DNA of 64,000 nucleotides from Prasinococcaceae sp. CCMP 1430. Lineage: Eukaryota > Plantae > Prasinodermophyta. The stretch spans positions 35,621 through 99,620 of the forward strand of contig RQSC01000056.1 in assembly GCA_013416795.1 (NCBI GenBank). The letters run 5' to 3'. A program made the position numbers and the translations under genes. Each line of letters begins with the position of its first letter. The stretch's first letter is position 1. Below the pieces are notes generated by a model. The model did not search any database. It was not told the DNA's origin and worked only from the letters and a program-made list of their open reading frames with translations. Shown piece after piece: positions 11,499-22,636 of the stretch.

Positions 11499-13003
11499 TT
11501 ACTTCTTCTCGGCGGGGGGGGCGGCGCCCGAGGTGGGCAGGCCGACGGAGACCTTGTAGGCTGCGGGGTGAAACGGGTGGGCGGCGCGTCAGCGTGCCGG
11601 TTGGGCGACGCGCGGGTCCTAAGTGCGCTCGGGCGCTCGCGTGCGCGCCGCGGCCGGCGCGCACGCAGCAGCGGCGGCGGCAGCGGCGACGCACCATCGT
11701 AGATGCCCCACTGCAAGCCGGTAAGGGTGCCGATCATGACGATGCGCAGGGGAAGGCCGCGGGTGAAGAGGTTGAACCAGCCCATCTCGGCGATAATCTC
11801 GCCCGAGGTGGAGCCCGGCTTGGAGTTGAGCTTGGAGACAAGGTTGTCGGCGGGGTGCGAGACGACGGCGCAGAACACGCCGGCGATGTATCCGGCGGCG
11901 AAGGACACGCCGAGCTGCTCGGTCTTGTTGCACTCGGACTTGGGCTTGGGCATGACGTTAGCGTACAGCATCTCGACGACGCGTTCGAACGCGCCGAACT
12001 TCATCATGGTGTAGGGAATCTGGCGCATCCACAGCGGCGTGAGGCCCTTAAAGAGGCCACCGACGCCGCCCTCAGCGATCACCTTGGGCATGCCGTCCGA
12101 CAGGCCCTTGGCGAAGCCCGGGCGGGTCTGGACGTTCACCTTGACGGCCTCCCACGGGCACAGCGCAATGTCTGCGAAGAACTCGGCCGACGCGGAGCCG
12201 GACAGGAACACGAGGTCCTTGTAGTTCTTGAAGTTCTCCTCGCCCACCAGGTCGGCGTAGTACTTCTTGAAGAACTCGTACAGGCCGAACTTGCACGCGC
12301 CCTGGAACGAGTAGCCGATGAGGGTCGGCGCCCAGCCGCGCAGCAGGCCGGCCGCGCCCTCCTCCTTAATCACGGTGGAGAAGCCCGCGCCGATCGAAGG
12401 ATACTTGACCGCGTCGGTCTGCATGCGCGCACGGATGGGGGGGGGCGGGCTTGGCGGCGCTTGTCGTAGAGGACCTTGGCGTCATCCCGAAGCCGATTCC
12501 CCTCGGCGACCAGTCGCGCGATAGTGTGTGCATGGGTGCTCTCTTGCGTTGCTATTACCATTGCATCTGACTTCACTTGCCGGTGAGCGTGTGCTTTTGA
12601 CGCAACGGGAATCATCTTAGAGGTCGAACATGTCATGCATGCNGCGCGGCGCGCGCCGGAGCAGGCCCTGCGGCGGGCGTTTCGAACGCGCGCGGGTGAG
12701 CGCGCCGCGCGGGGCGCGCACCTGCATGTTGCACTTGACGACGTCGAGCGGCGTCACGGCGAGGTGCGTCAGGCCGCACGACAGGATGCCGCCGATGGTG
12801 CACGCCTGGTAGAACTCGGGCGAGTGCATCTCGATCTTGGACGCGACCACCGGCTTCGCCATGAGCTTCTTCGCGCGCTCCGCCATCGAGGACTCGGCGG
12901 CGGACGCGACGCTCGACACCTGCTGCGTCGCCGCCGCCACGTGCGGGGCCTGATAGAGGAAGCTGGGGAGCATGGGGGAGCCCATGCCGAACTTGGCCGC
13001 CAT
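11499..13003 (-). CDS. Mitochondrial phosphate carrier (PiC/PHT3/SLC25A3 family)
   Basis: GGILSCGLTHLAVTPLDVVKCNMQ, GWAPTLIGYSFQGACKFGLYEFFK, RQIPYTMMKF, LPLRIVMIGTLTGLQWGIYD; introns 12419-12721 and 11561-11694. Confidence 0.96.
12459..12615 (-). ncRNA. Candidate intronic box H/ACA snoRNA
   Basis: Atypically balanced composition inside a GC-rich intron; sense strand has a hairpin (CCGUUGCGUC/GAUGCAAUGG), an H-box-like AGAGCA, a second hairpin (GAGGG/UCCUC) and ACA at 12464-12462. Confidence 0.35.
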
Positions 13004-13832
13004 CTCGACAGCAGTGAAGGGGGGGGCGGGGAGGGCGCGCGGGGGCGCTGCCGTGCGTGCGCAGTGTGCCCCCGCGCGCGGCGCGTGCCGCGCGCACCCG
13101 CTGCTGCAGGTCGCCAAACCACCACACGAATACATTAACGCAATTTCACAATAAATTCAAATACACATCAACAAACGCAGACGTCCCATCCGAAATATGT
13201 ATACTCCCGCGTTTTCGCGCCGTGTATGCGCCGCGCACGAAAAAACCGCACCAAAAAATCTCCGTCTCGACGGTTGAAAGCGACGCGTATCCCGTCCGTC
13301 GTCCGCACATTTCTACGATCAGTTTGACATACGAAACCACGGATTTGCCTCGCCAAAAGATGCCGCCGGGGGGGCACGCCGGGCGAGGTGAGCGATTGGG
13401 TTGGAGTATTTGAGGTTTATACATTGTAGGGTCCGTTATTCGAAATCCGAATCGCAGGCACGCGCGGGGCACACGATCGATCGTACTGATCGTAGACCCG
13501 CACGAATACATAACCCTAACATGTTTCGGTACGGCGCTCGCGCGCGCGAAGGGGTAGCAGCGCGTGCCCAGGGTGGGGCGGGGCGGCCTGGGCGAGGCCG
13601 CGCGGCTCGGCGCGCGAGGGCCTCCCGCCCGGTGCTGCCGCTCGCCGGCGGCCTCTGCCCGGGCATCGGGGAAGAGGAGGCGGCCGCGTACGAACAGATG
13701 GGATGTCGACGTGAGTGTGTGCGGATTGTCGCTCTGAGGCTCGAACAGGTGCCGTCGCCCTCCCCCAGGGTGTGCGCCGTGCGTGCGTGTGCGTGCGAGC
13801 GCGTGTGCGCGCTCTCGCGCGCGGGCGGGCCG

Positions 13833-14760
13833 TCACAGCCGCGCGTCGCGGCACCTCTTCTTCGACTTCTTCTTCTTGTTCTTCGCTTTCTTTGACTTCT
13901 TCGTCTTCTTCGACTTCTTCGTGTAGGCACACCGCTGGCCCGCCTCGCGGCACTTTCGCTTCGACGTGAGCTTCTTGCAGGGCGTGTCGGCGCACGCGCC
14001 TTTCGTCCACGAGCAGGCCGCGGCAGCCTTGCACGCTTTCTTCGAGCCCTCTCTCGCGCATCCCAGTGGCGGTGGACTCGGCGGCGGACTCGGCGGCGGA
14101 CTCGGCGGCGAACTCGGCGGCGGACTCGGCGGCGGACTCGGCGGCAGACTCGGCGGCGGGCTTGGAGGCGGCGACGCAGGAGGCGCCCGGTCTGCCAGCG
14201 CGACATCGAAGACAGCGACGCCGCCGGCCACGGCGTGCACGAGCGCGGGGTGGACGCGCACCGAGTCGGGGTCGCGCGCGAGGTACAATTGCGTGACCAG
14301 GGGCCGCTCGACCCCCTCACTGCCCGCGTCCGCCTCCGCGTACGCCGTGAATTTGAAGTGCACGTGCACCGGCCGAGGAAAGTACTTCCCTGGCACGCGC
14401 GTGCGCAGCTCCCACCTGCCGTCGGCGTCGGCGCGCGTCGCGCCGCGGAAGCCCCAGCCGCTGGGTGTGGCAGCGTCGGGGCACTCCTCCCAGATCGAGT
14501 AGCAGCCACTGGGCGACGCATGCCACGCCTCGACGAGAGCGCCGCCCAGCGGCTCGCCGCACGTTGCGCTGTGCGCCGAGCGCACCGTCCCGCGGACAAC
14601 GAGCTCCTCGGCGGTGACGGCCGACCGCGCGCCGTCAAGCCACGAGCCCGCCTCGCCGACGGGCGCGCCAGGGGTGTAGTACGGCCCCAGCACGTCCGCA
14701 GGCGTGCGCGCCACCCCGCACGCCGCCGCGGCCGCCGCGCGCGGCAGCCGGCGAGCGGCC
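13833..14760 (-). CDS. Intradiol ring-cleavage dioxygenase-like protein with an SPPP linker and a Cys/Lys-rich tail
   Basis: TPADVLGPYY, PLGGALVEAWHASPSGCY, FRG..RADADGRWELRTRVPGKY..RPVHVHF, LVTQLY; start not resolved. Confidence 0.82.
14066..14172 (-). repeat. 12-bp coding tandem repeat (GGCGGACTCGGC) encoding (SPPP)n
   Basis: About 8 units directly visible. Confidence 0.9.
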
Positions 14761-15123
14761 CTCGCGCGGGCGCGACGCCGCGCCCATCGCCGCCGCAGCC
14801 AGGGAGCCTCCAGCTCAGTCCCTCGCCCGCCCACCTCCCTCCACACACACGAACGGAGGCAAACCCTGCCCCCCCCCCCTCCCTCCTGGCGGGCCGGGAA
14901 GGGGGAGGAGGAGGGCGCTGCCGGCGGGGCGCGGTGTGGCGCGACGAGGATGTGGCACTCGCCCGACGTCGGTTGCCTGCGTTTTGACCCCAAGCGATAG
15001 GGTAGTCGCCCGTGTGTGCATTTGACCATGTAAATAATATATGTATGCAAACTGCGGTCGATGGAAATGCATGTGGCCCTGTGCAACACATTAGGTGCTT
15101 CTTACATGGGGCGATGGTACAGC

Positions 15124-16236
15124 TCAGCTCGCGAGCTCGGCGTCGAGCTCCGCCTCCATTTTGGCGAACTCGTCCTCGCAGTCGAGGCCGTTGGCGCAGT
15201 CGAGGTCGAGCTCGTTGCCCAGCCAGCCGCTCGCCTGCCCGGCGAGGAAGTTTCCCGCGTAGCCCACGGCCTTCATCGCGCGCGTCCGTGCGTGTGCGTG
15301 TGTGTGTGAGCACCCCGAGCGAACATATGAGCAGACCGATCCAAACAGTTTGGTAAATACAACGCTACACGTGCGCGCGTGCACACGCGAGCGAGCGTAC
15401 CAACGCACACACACACACACACACACACGCACGCACGCAAACACACGCATGCACACCTTCATCTGGTCGTACACGAGGTCCCCGCCGACCTGCTGCATCT
15501 GCCGCTCGCTGACCACCAGCGGGAACGTCACCTCGCTCGCACCCGGCGGGATGGGTGTGGCGACGTTCGAGATGCGCCCGCCGTCGCTGCACGCGCGCAG
15601 AGGGGCGTATGCGGGCGTATGTGGGCGTGTGTGGGCGCGCGCGCGAGTGTGTGTGAGCGCTTCGCGCGCGCCTTGGCATACTAGCTCGCACCAGCTTGCA
15701 CACACGCACACACACGCCCGCGCGCACACGGCGCGCAGGCGCACCTGGCCTCGTCGACGTCGAGAGCGTTCTGCCCGAGCGCGTCGCGCACCCTCCCGAA
15801 GACGTCCGCGTTGCTGATGGGCTTGTCGGTGGGGTTGTCCGCGGTGGCGCGCACCACGAGGCAGCGCGGCTTGCCAAAGGACATTCCGAGCGTGCCGCGC
15901 GCGCACGGCACGACCTCCTGTGCGTGTGCGTGCGTGTGTGTGTACACGTGTGCGCGTGTGAGCGTCCCGTGCGCGCCTTTGCACGAAAGCTCGCACTCGC
16001 TTCGACGCACGCACACACGCACACACGCACACACGCGCACGCGCACACACACGCACACACGCAATACACACGCGTACACACACACACGCACCTCCTTGGC
16101 GTCGCGCAGGGGAATGGTGACGGGGCCGAGCGCGTAGGCGGCGGGGGCGGCCGCGCTCACCCCGGCGCACACACACGCCGCGGCCGCGGCCGCCACGAGC
16201 GCAGGCGCGCGGGCGGGCTGCTCGGGCTCGCAGGGC
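15124..16236 (-). CDS. Putative thylakoid-lumen protein related to a conserved cyanobacterial hypothetical; multi-exon, start in gap
   Basis: Hydrophobic stretch ending AYA, then CLVVRATADNPTDKPISNADVFGRVRDALG and IPPGASEVTFPL; exons separated by CA/TG-rich GT-AG introns. Confidence 0.6.
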   Translation of the reverse strand, partial: ALRARAARPRACARGGRGRGVCVRRGERGRPRRLRARPRHHSPARRQGGACVCVRVCIACVRVCARARVCVCACVRASKRVRAFVQRRARDAHTRTRVHTHARTRTGGRAVRARHARNVLWQAALPRGARHRGQPHRQAHQQRGRLREGARRARAERSRRRRGQVRLRAVCARACVCVCASWCELVCQGAREALTHTRARAHTRPHTPAYAPLRACSDGGRISNVATPIPPGASEVTFPLVVSERQMQQVGGDLVYDQMKVCMRVFACVRVCVCVCVRWYARSRVHARTCSVVFTKLFGSVCSYVRSGCSHTHAHARTRAMKAVGYAGNFLAGQASGWLGNELDLDCANGLDCEDEFAKMEAELDAELAS

Positions 16237-16406
16237 NNNNNNNNNNNNNNNNNNNNNNNNNNNNNNNNNNNNNNNNNNNNNNNNNNNNNNNNNNNNNNNN
16301 NNNNNNNNNNNNNNNNNNNNNNNNNNNNNNNNNNNNNNNNNNNNNNNNNNNNNNNNNNNNNNNNNNNNNNNNNNNNNNNNNNNNNNNNNNNNNNNNNNNN
16401 NNNNNN

Positions 16407-16781
16407 GCGCGCACACACACTGCACGCGCGCGCGCCGCGCCGCGAGCGGCGGCAAGGGGCGGCAGCAGCGGCGGCGGCGACGTTGGCACCGGGGCGCTCC
16501 TGACCGCCGCTAAGGTGGCCGCCGGCGGCGCGCTGATCGCGTACGGCCTGCTGTCCGCAGGCGCGCCGAGCGCGAACGCGGCCTTCGACTACGACGACAG
16601 CGAGGTGCGTCGAAGAAGGGGGGCGAGTGTTGGCGTGCTGTGTGAGCAGGCGTAAACACGCACGCACGCGCGCATGCGCACGTGCACGTATGCATGCGCA
16701 CGCGTGCTCACACGAACGCGCACACACGCACACACTCTCTCGCGCGCGCGTGCACACACACACACACATGCACATGCACAT

Positions 16782-16861
<80 letters not shown>

Positions 16862-16862
16862 N

Positions 16863-16915
<53 letters not shown>

Positions 16916-17791
16916 AATCCTCGCAGATGTTCGGCCCGAGCGAGCTCGGCCTGGAGCTCAAGGAGCGCGACCGCGAGGCCATCATCGAGAACCTTACTGA
17001 GCACGACGGCGACGACCTTTCCCACCTCAATCTCGCCGGCGCCAACTTCGCCGAGTCGAGCTGCCGCGGCGCCGACCTGCGCGGGTCGGACCTGCGCGCA
17101 GCCACCTTCTCGCGCGCGGTGCTGGCGGGGGCCGACATGCGCGGCGCGGACGCGTCTGACGCGCTCATCGAGTACGCGGGTGCGTGTGTGCGTGCGTGTG
17201 TGTGCGCGTGGCTTTTGTGTACGTGCGCGTGCGCGTGTGTGCACGTGCGTGCGTGCATGCGTATGTGCGTGCGTGTGTTGGAGAGGGAGAGCCGCATGAG
17301 CTGACGCACGAGCGCGCCGATCCAACGGGCACCCAACAGTTCTGCGCGGTGCGGACCTGCGGGGGGCGTTGCTGCGCAACACAGTGCTCACGCGCAGCGA
17401 CCTGGGCGAGGCCAAAATCGAGGTGCGCCAGCCGCGCGTGCGTGTGTGTGTGTGTGTGTGTGCACGCGCACGCGCGTGTGGTGGTGTGAGCTCCGTGAGC
17501 TGACGCGTGTGCACTCCGATCTAAACAACTCACACGCGCGCGCGCGCGCACACACACACACACACTACCGAATGTACGCGCCAGGGTGCGGACTTCACGG
17601 GCGCGTTCGTGGACAGGTACGAGCTCATCACCAACCTGTGCAAGACGGCGAGCGGCGTGAACCCGGCGACGGGCGTGGACACGCGCGAGTCGCTCGGCTG
17701 CGACGACGTGGCGGAGTACAAGGGCTCCGGCAAGAGCGGGGAGCGGATCAAGGCGGTGGACGCCGCAAAGACGCGCAGGCCGCTCTTCTGA
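16407..17791 (+). CDS. Thylakoid lumenal pentapeptide-repeat protein (TL20.3-like); start in gap
   Basis: Exons ..16604, 16927-17179, 17340-17422, 17585-17791; ANA lumen cleavage site, A(D/N)LxG repeats, [22 protein letters not shown]. Confidence 0.85.
16740..16913. repeat. Intronic (CA)n microsatellite
   Basis: Long CA run directly visible; neighbouring introns at 15.3-18.0 kb are also CA/TG-rich. Confidence 0.95.
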
Positions 17792-18147
17792 GAGTCTGAA
17801 AGAGGGGGAAGGGGGGGGGGGGAGCTCGCGTGCGTGCGTGCGTGCGCGTGTGTGCGTGCGTAAGAGAGGACGTCTTGCACGGGCGCGTGCGTGCGCACAC
17901 GCGCGGGCGCGCGCGGGCGCGTGTATGTGTGTGTGCCTGTGTGCCTGGGTGTGGACCGGTGTGTGTGAATGCGCGCGCGCACGCGCGTGTGGTATGACTT
18001 TCCCGTTCGTATATGTACCCATCATTTGATACGGATTTCGCATGGGGGACGGCCGACCCTCGGGGGCCGCGAGAGCGGCGCCGCGCCACAACGCGAGGCG
18101 GCGCCTCCTTCCCTCGCCTCCCTCGCCCCCCCCCCCCCCCCCCCCCC

Positions 18148-18185
<38 letters not shown>

Positions 18186-18668
18186 NNNNNNNNNNNNNNN
18201 NNNNNNNNNNNNNNNNNNNNNNNNNNNNNNNNNNNNNNNNNNNNNNNNNNNNNNNNNNNNNNNGCGTCGTGCGGCCCTCGCGCGCCGGACGCCCACCCCA
18301 GGATCAGACCCGAACGCGCCGCGCGCGCGCGGTGCGCCGCTGCCCCGCGCGGCGGCCGCGCCCCATCGGATCCTGGATGGGCCCGCCCGCCGCGAACGGA
18401 TCCGTCGTCGGCGCGCTCCTCGCTCTCGTGAGGCACGCGCGCGTGCGCGCTCAAGGGGGTGATTTATCGCTAAGAGCGTGTGCTGTGAACGCCGACACAT
18501 AGCACTACGCACGCGCGTGACACACACACTCACTCACACTCACACTCACACACACGTTTGTGCGTGTGGCGGTAATTGTCATGCCGTGTCGATTGTCTTG
18601 TGCATGGCATACCGCCCCGGGAGGAGGACGTTGCGCTCCAAAACTTGGTGCCGGGCGAGGCTGTTCGC

Positions 18669-21600
18669 TCAGCGCCCGAACCAGGAGGAGACCCACGAAG
18701 TGGCCCCGCTGTAAGCGCTAGCGACGGGCCCTCCAAAACTGCTAGCGACGGACGATCCAATGCTATCGGCTGTTGACACAATGCTCTCCACTTCGGATCG
18801 GACTTGGGCGATCACCCTGGCCACGGGCCCCGTGTAGCATGAGCGCCAGTAGCACCCGCCGTGCCGGCCGTACATGCCGAACTCGGCGTAGCAGCTCGAG
18901 CCGCCGCGGGTCGCGCCGTTGGCGTGGGGGTACCTGCTGAGGACCAACTCGGCGCACTCCGCGTCGGAGTACGCCCTGCCCACGTATCTCTCGCTCGAGC
19001 CCTTGCCGTCGCCGCACTGCATGTTGCACGTGATCATCGGCTCGACGAACGTCGACTGCCAGTAGCAACCGCTCCACCTGCTCGTCTGCTCGTACTCGAC
19101 GTAGCAGGCGTCATTCTGGCCGTGGGTGATACCGTTGGCGGCGGGCGCTTGTGCGCGCCCCGCCGCCGCGCACAGGTCGCGGCCAAAGCTCTCGTCGGTG
19201 TCGTGGTAGTAGCCGATGAAGCGCTCTCGGCTGCTTCTCCCGTCGCCGCACGCGAAGGGGTACTGGGGCTCCCTCGGCGGCTTGCTGAGCCGCTCGTACT
19301 CGGCCTCGGCGGAGGCCTTGGACGCGATCTCCAAGCCGTCCGCCCGCTCGCCCCGCTCGCCCGGGAAGATGTGGACCTCCATTTCGCCGACGGGCGTGCA
19401 ATAGCCCATGAAGCACGGGAAGAAGACCTCCCCTTTGAAGTACGGGTCAAGCCGAACGGTCTGGTCGCAGTCGTCGGAGAGGAGGAGGCGGAGATAGACC
19501 TTCCCCTCCATCTTGATGAGTGCCCAGCCGCTCGCGCCGATGGCAGCGCCGAGGCTGGCCTGTATGAAGGGCCGGCTGCAGCCCGTGGAGGGATCCGCCC
19601 CCTCCAGGGCCTCGGGGTTGTATGTCCTTCCTGCGCCGAGGCAGAACTGCGCAGTGGCCAGGTTGATGGAGGCATCGGCCACCGACACGTCGTACTTGAC
19701 CGAGACGCAGCCCTCGGCTTGGATCAAGTTTGAGTCTGAGTTGGACCAATCGCCCTTCATCACGCCCTCGTATGAGGCCCCGAGCGAGAAGATTTTCTCC
19801 TCCTTTCCTTTGCTCCCTGCGTCCTTGCCAGCCTTGACCTCGATGCCGCAGACGCCGCCCTCGCCCAGGCCCACCCCGATGCCAAGGCTCTTGTCCTCCC
19901 CCTGGAGCTTGCACTCCAGGTAGATAGCCTGGCCCTGGGGACCGTTGCGCAGGTTCTTGCAATACTCAAAGGCGCCTCCGTCTGCGCCAATGGCGCATAC
20001 CGGTACAGGGCTGCTGCTCAGGCCGCGCCGGAAGGGCAGGTTGGTCCAATTCATGCTCTCCCTGGGCTCGTCGGCACCCTGGAGGAAGCTCGGTAGTGCC
20101 GATGCGATGCCCTGGGCGTCGTGCTCAGACTGAGAGAGAGCGTCCGGTCGGGCACCGGCGTCACCGACGGGGACGGTGTCCCAGTCGACGGTTGCGAGCA
20201 GCCGGCGCGATGGCTCGTCCAGGAGCGAGTCGAGGTGGCCGTCGCGGAGTGCCTGGAGCAACTGGCGGTCAGTGTCTCGCTGCGCCCCCTCGCCCGCCGC
20301 AGCGTCGCCGAGCAGGGCGTCTTCGGTCCATCCATCGACGAGCCGCTGGATGCCCGCCTGGTGGAGGCGGCGCGTGCTTCCCGAGACTGGAGGCTCCTCC
20401 TCTACCTTCACGCGGACACCCTGGTGCAGGTCTGGCAGCGGCGACGAGGAGGTGAGCAGCGTCTCAGCGGCAGCCAGCCCGTCGCCGGTGCCGTAGTGGC
20501 AGGTCGCGGGCGGCATGAAGGACGCGTCCTCCCCCGAGCGGACGGCCTGCCAGTCGAGGCCCGTAGTCTGCCAGTTGTCGAAGTCCCACACAGACAGGCG
20601 CTCGCCCGTGCTGCCGACCAGGAGCTCAAGGCGCAAGACGCGGTAGTAGAAGTCTTCCAAGACGTCCGTCTCGTTAGTGACTGTGTTGAAGACCTCTTCG
20701 GGGAGCATGTCCTCTGCGGTGTCGTATATGCGCCACTCGAAGTCGCCCTGGTCGGGTAGCACGACCGAAAAGACGCGTGCCGCGTCGGCGACGCCCTCGA
20801 GCGCGACGATGCCGTCGTAACGAGCCGCGATGTCCGCGCCCTCCCTCACCGCGCTCGTCAGCGAAAGATCGGCGTCGGTCATCTCGTACTCGCGGCAGAG
20901 GAAGCCATCGGCCCCGTCGCCGCCGTCGGCCAGCAGGTTGAAGGTGTACTTGCGCCCGCCGTCGCCGCGGTCGGCGCGCATGATGCTGACGAAGCTGGCG
21001 GCACCGCCGTTGCGCATGGGCAGCGTCCAGGCCTCGCGGCTCATCGATAGGTCCGTGCTGACCATGCTCCCCGCGGCGACACCCACCGCGTAGCGCGCGC
21101 CGTCGTCGGCGCGCGTGCGCACGCCAGGGAGGGGCTGCATCACGCAGGGATCCTCCTCGATCTCGGGCTTGAAGTTGGTCGGGTCGAAGTCGTCGGGGCA
21201 CACGCGCTCTGCGCAGAGATCGGCGCCGTCGCCGCCGGGCGTCACGCACGGCATCCACAGCGTCTGGTCGACCGCGTAATTGCGAGGGAATTGCGGCTTG
21301 GGGCCGTGCTCCTCGGGCACGTACGCGACGTACGCAGAGGCGGGGATGGCGGCGAAGAAGCCGGAGATGTCCAGAAGCCCAACCAGGCGCCGGTTCGCGG
21401 CGTCCACGTCAAAGCCCAGCTGGCCAAAGAAGTCGCCCAGGTCGTCCACGAAGGAGACGGACTGGCCGTCGATCACCACGCGACCGACGTGCGTCACCAG
21501 CGTGATGACGCTGCCGTGCGCCGAGTTTGCGCGAGGGCTGCGCGCGTAACCGAACACGTCGAGGCTCACGCGGGTGAGTCCCTGGGTTATGGTGAACTTG

Positions 21601-22055
21601 GTGAGCTCCTCGAAGAACTCGTCGCCCATCTCGGAGCTGATGCCGTTCAGCTCGCGCTTGGAGAGCGCCACGCGCACTGTCGTTTCGGGGTGGCCCTTCA
21701 CCGCCATGATGCCGTCCGTTTCGGAGGTGTGCGTCTCCTTTGTGGCCTCGACGACGGCGTAGGTCAGCCCGACAACGGCGCACAGCTGCAGGCCGAGCAG
21801 GAGGAGCAGCGCGACCGCGGCGAGCGTCGCGCGCCTTGCGCGCGACTGCTGCGCGCCGTAGGCCTCAACGGCGCGCGCAAACTCGACGGGGTGGATGTAC
21901 CCGTCGCCGTCGACGTCGAAGACGGCGCATTCCTCGCGCATGCCCTCGGGCAGCTCGGACAGGCGCACCGCCGAGCGCCCCGCGCGCCCGACTGTCACCG
22001 TGTCGTCGCGCTTGAGCGCGGGGCCCTTGCCCCCATCGGCCCCGCCCATGCCCAT
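18669..22055 (-). CDS. Large type II membrane/secreted multidomain protein: EF-hand, TM, large ectodomain, two Cys-rich PAN/apple-like repeats
   Basis: Uninterrupted ORF from ATG 22055; FDVDGDGYIHPVEF EF loop; TM AAVALLLLLGLQLCAVVGLTYAVV; two repeats of the form CGDG.sS.ER..G..C....P.ANG.T...CY.E....CYW.S. Confidence 0.8.
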   Translation of the reverse strand: MGMGGADGGKGPALKRDDTVTVGRAGRSAVRLSELPEGMREECAVFDVDGDGYIHPVEFARAVEAYGAQQSRARRATLAAVALLLLLGLQLCAVVGLTYAVVEATKETHTSETDGIMAVKGHPETTVRVALSKRELNGISSEMGDEFFEELTKFTITQGLTRVSLDVFGYARSPRANSAHGSVITLVTHVGRVVIDGQSVSFVDDLGDFFGQLGFDVDAANRRLVGLLDISGFFAAIPASAYVAYVPEEHGPKPQFPRNYAVDQTLWMPCVTPGGDGADLCAERVCPDDFDPTNFKPEIEEDPCVMQPLPGVRTRADDGARYAVGVAAGSMVSTDLSMSREAWTLPMRNGGAASFVSIMRADRGDGGRKYTFNLLADGGDGADGFLCREYEMTDADLSLTSAVREGADIAARYDGIVALEGVADAARVFSVVLPDQGDFEWRIYDTAEDMLPEEVFNTVTNETDVLEDFYYRVLRLELLVGSTGERLSVWDFDNWQTTGLDWQAVRSGEDASFMPPATCHYGTGDGLAAAETLLTSSSPLPDLHQGVRVKVEEEPPVSGSTRRLHQAGIQRLVDGWTEDALLGDAAAGEGAQRDTDRQLLQALRDGHLDSLLDEPSRRLLATVDWDTVPVGDAGARPDALSQSEHDAQGIASALPSFLQGADEPRESMNWTNLPFRRGLSSSPVPVCAIGADGGAFEYCKNLRNGPQGQAIYLECKLQGEDKSLGIGVGLGEGGVCGIEVKAGKDAGSKGKEEKIFSLGASYEGVMKGDWSNSDSNLIQAEGCVSVKYDVSVADASINLATAQFCLGAGRTYNPEALEGADPSTGCSRPFIQASLGAAIGASGWALIKMEGKVYLRLLLSDDCDQTVRLDPYFKGEVFFPCFMGYCTPVGEMEVHIFPGERGERADGLEIASKASAEAEYERLSKPPREPQYPFACGDGRSSRERFIGYYHDTDESFGRDLCAAAGRAQAPAANGITHGQNDACYVEYEQTSRWSGCYWQSTFVEPMITCNMQCGDGKGSSERYVGRAYSDAECAELVLSRYPHANGATRGGSSCYAEFGMYGRHGGCYWRSCYTGPVARVIAQVRSEVESIVSTADSIGSSVASSFGGPVASAYSGATSWVSSWFGR

Positions 22056-22636
22056 CGCCGGCGCGACGCGCGCGCGGCCGGCCGGCCGCCCCACGCCCCC
22101 CCCGCGCGCGTGCGCAGAGTGCCCCCCCTGGAGGGCGCCAGCCAGCTCGGGCTCGCGTGTTGTTAGGGCGCGGCGGTTAGTAGGTCGGTTGGTTTGGTTG
22201 GGAGCGCCGGCGGTTGGTCCCCCCCGCCGTAGCGCGCGCCGTAGCACGCCGCGCGCAACGGGGGAACCGCCCGGGGTCGTCGGGGTCGGAGTCGCTTGCG
22301 AACCCGGGTCTGTCGTGCGTGGCACGTCAGACCAGGTTTCAACCAGGGCAGGCCGCGGTGTCCCATGTGTCCTTTTGGTCCGTATGCCCCTGGTCCATTT
22401 GGTTGCCCGTCTCGACGTAAAAAGTACCCAGGAGGCAACCCGGGTCCCCTTTTTTAGTTCGGGTTCGCACCTTCCTAACGCGTTTTGATGGGCGAGAATG
22501 TCTCCCGTGGGTGAATTGACCAATGCGATTGATTTGATATTTGTATGTACGGTACGGTCGAGTTCGTTGAAGGAATAAATAAGGGTTTTAAACATGGAAC
22601 AGGGTTTGTACAACGTGGCAACCCGCGCCCGCGCTG

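Noticed and set aside
16589-17304. Poly-HT/poly-CV ORFs
   Set aside because: Translations of intronic (CA)n microsatellites
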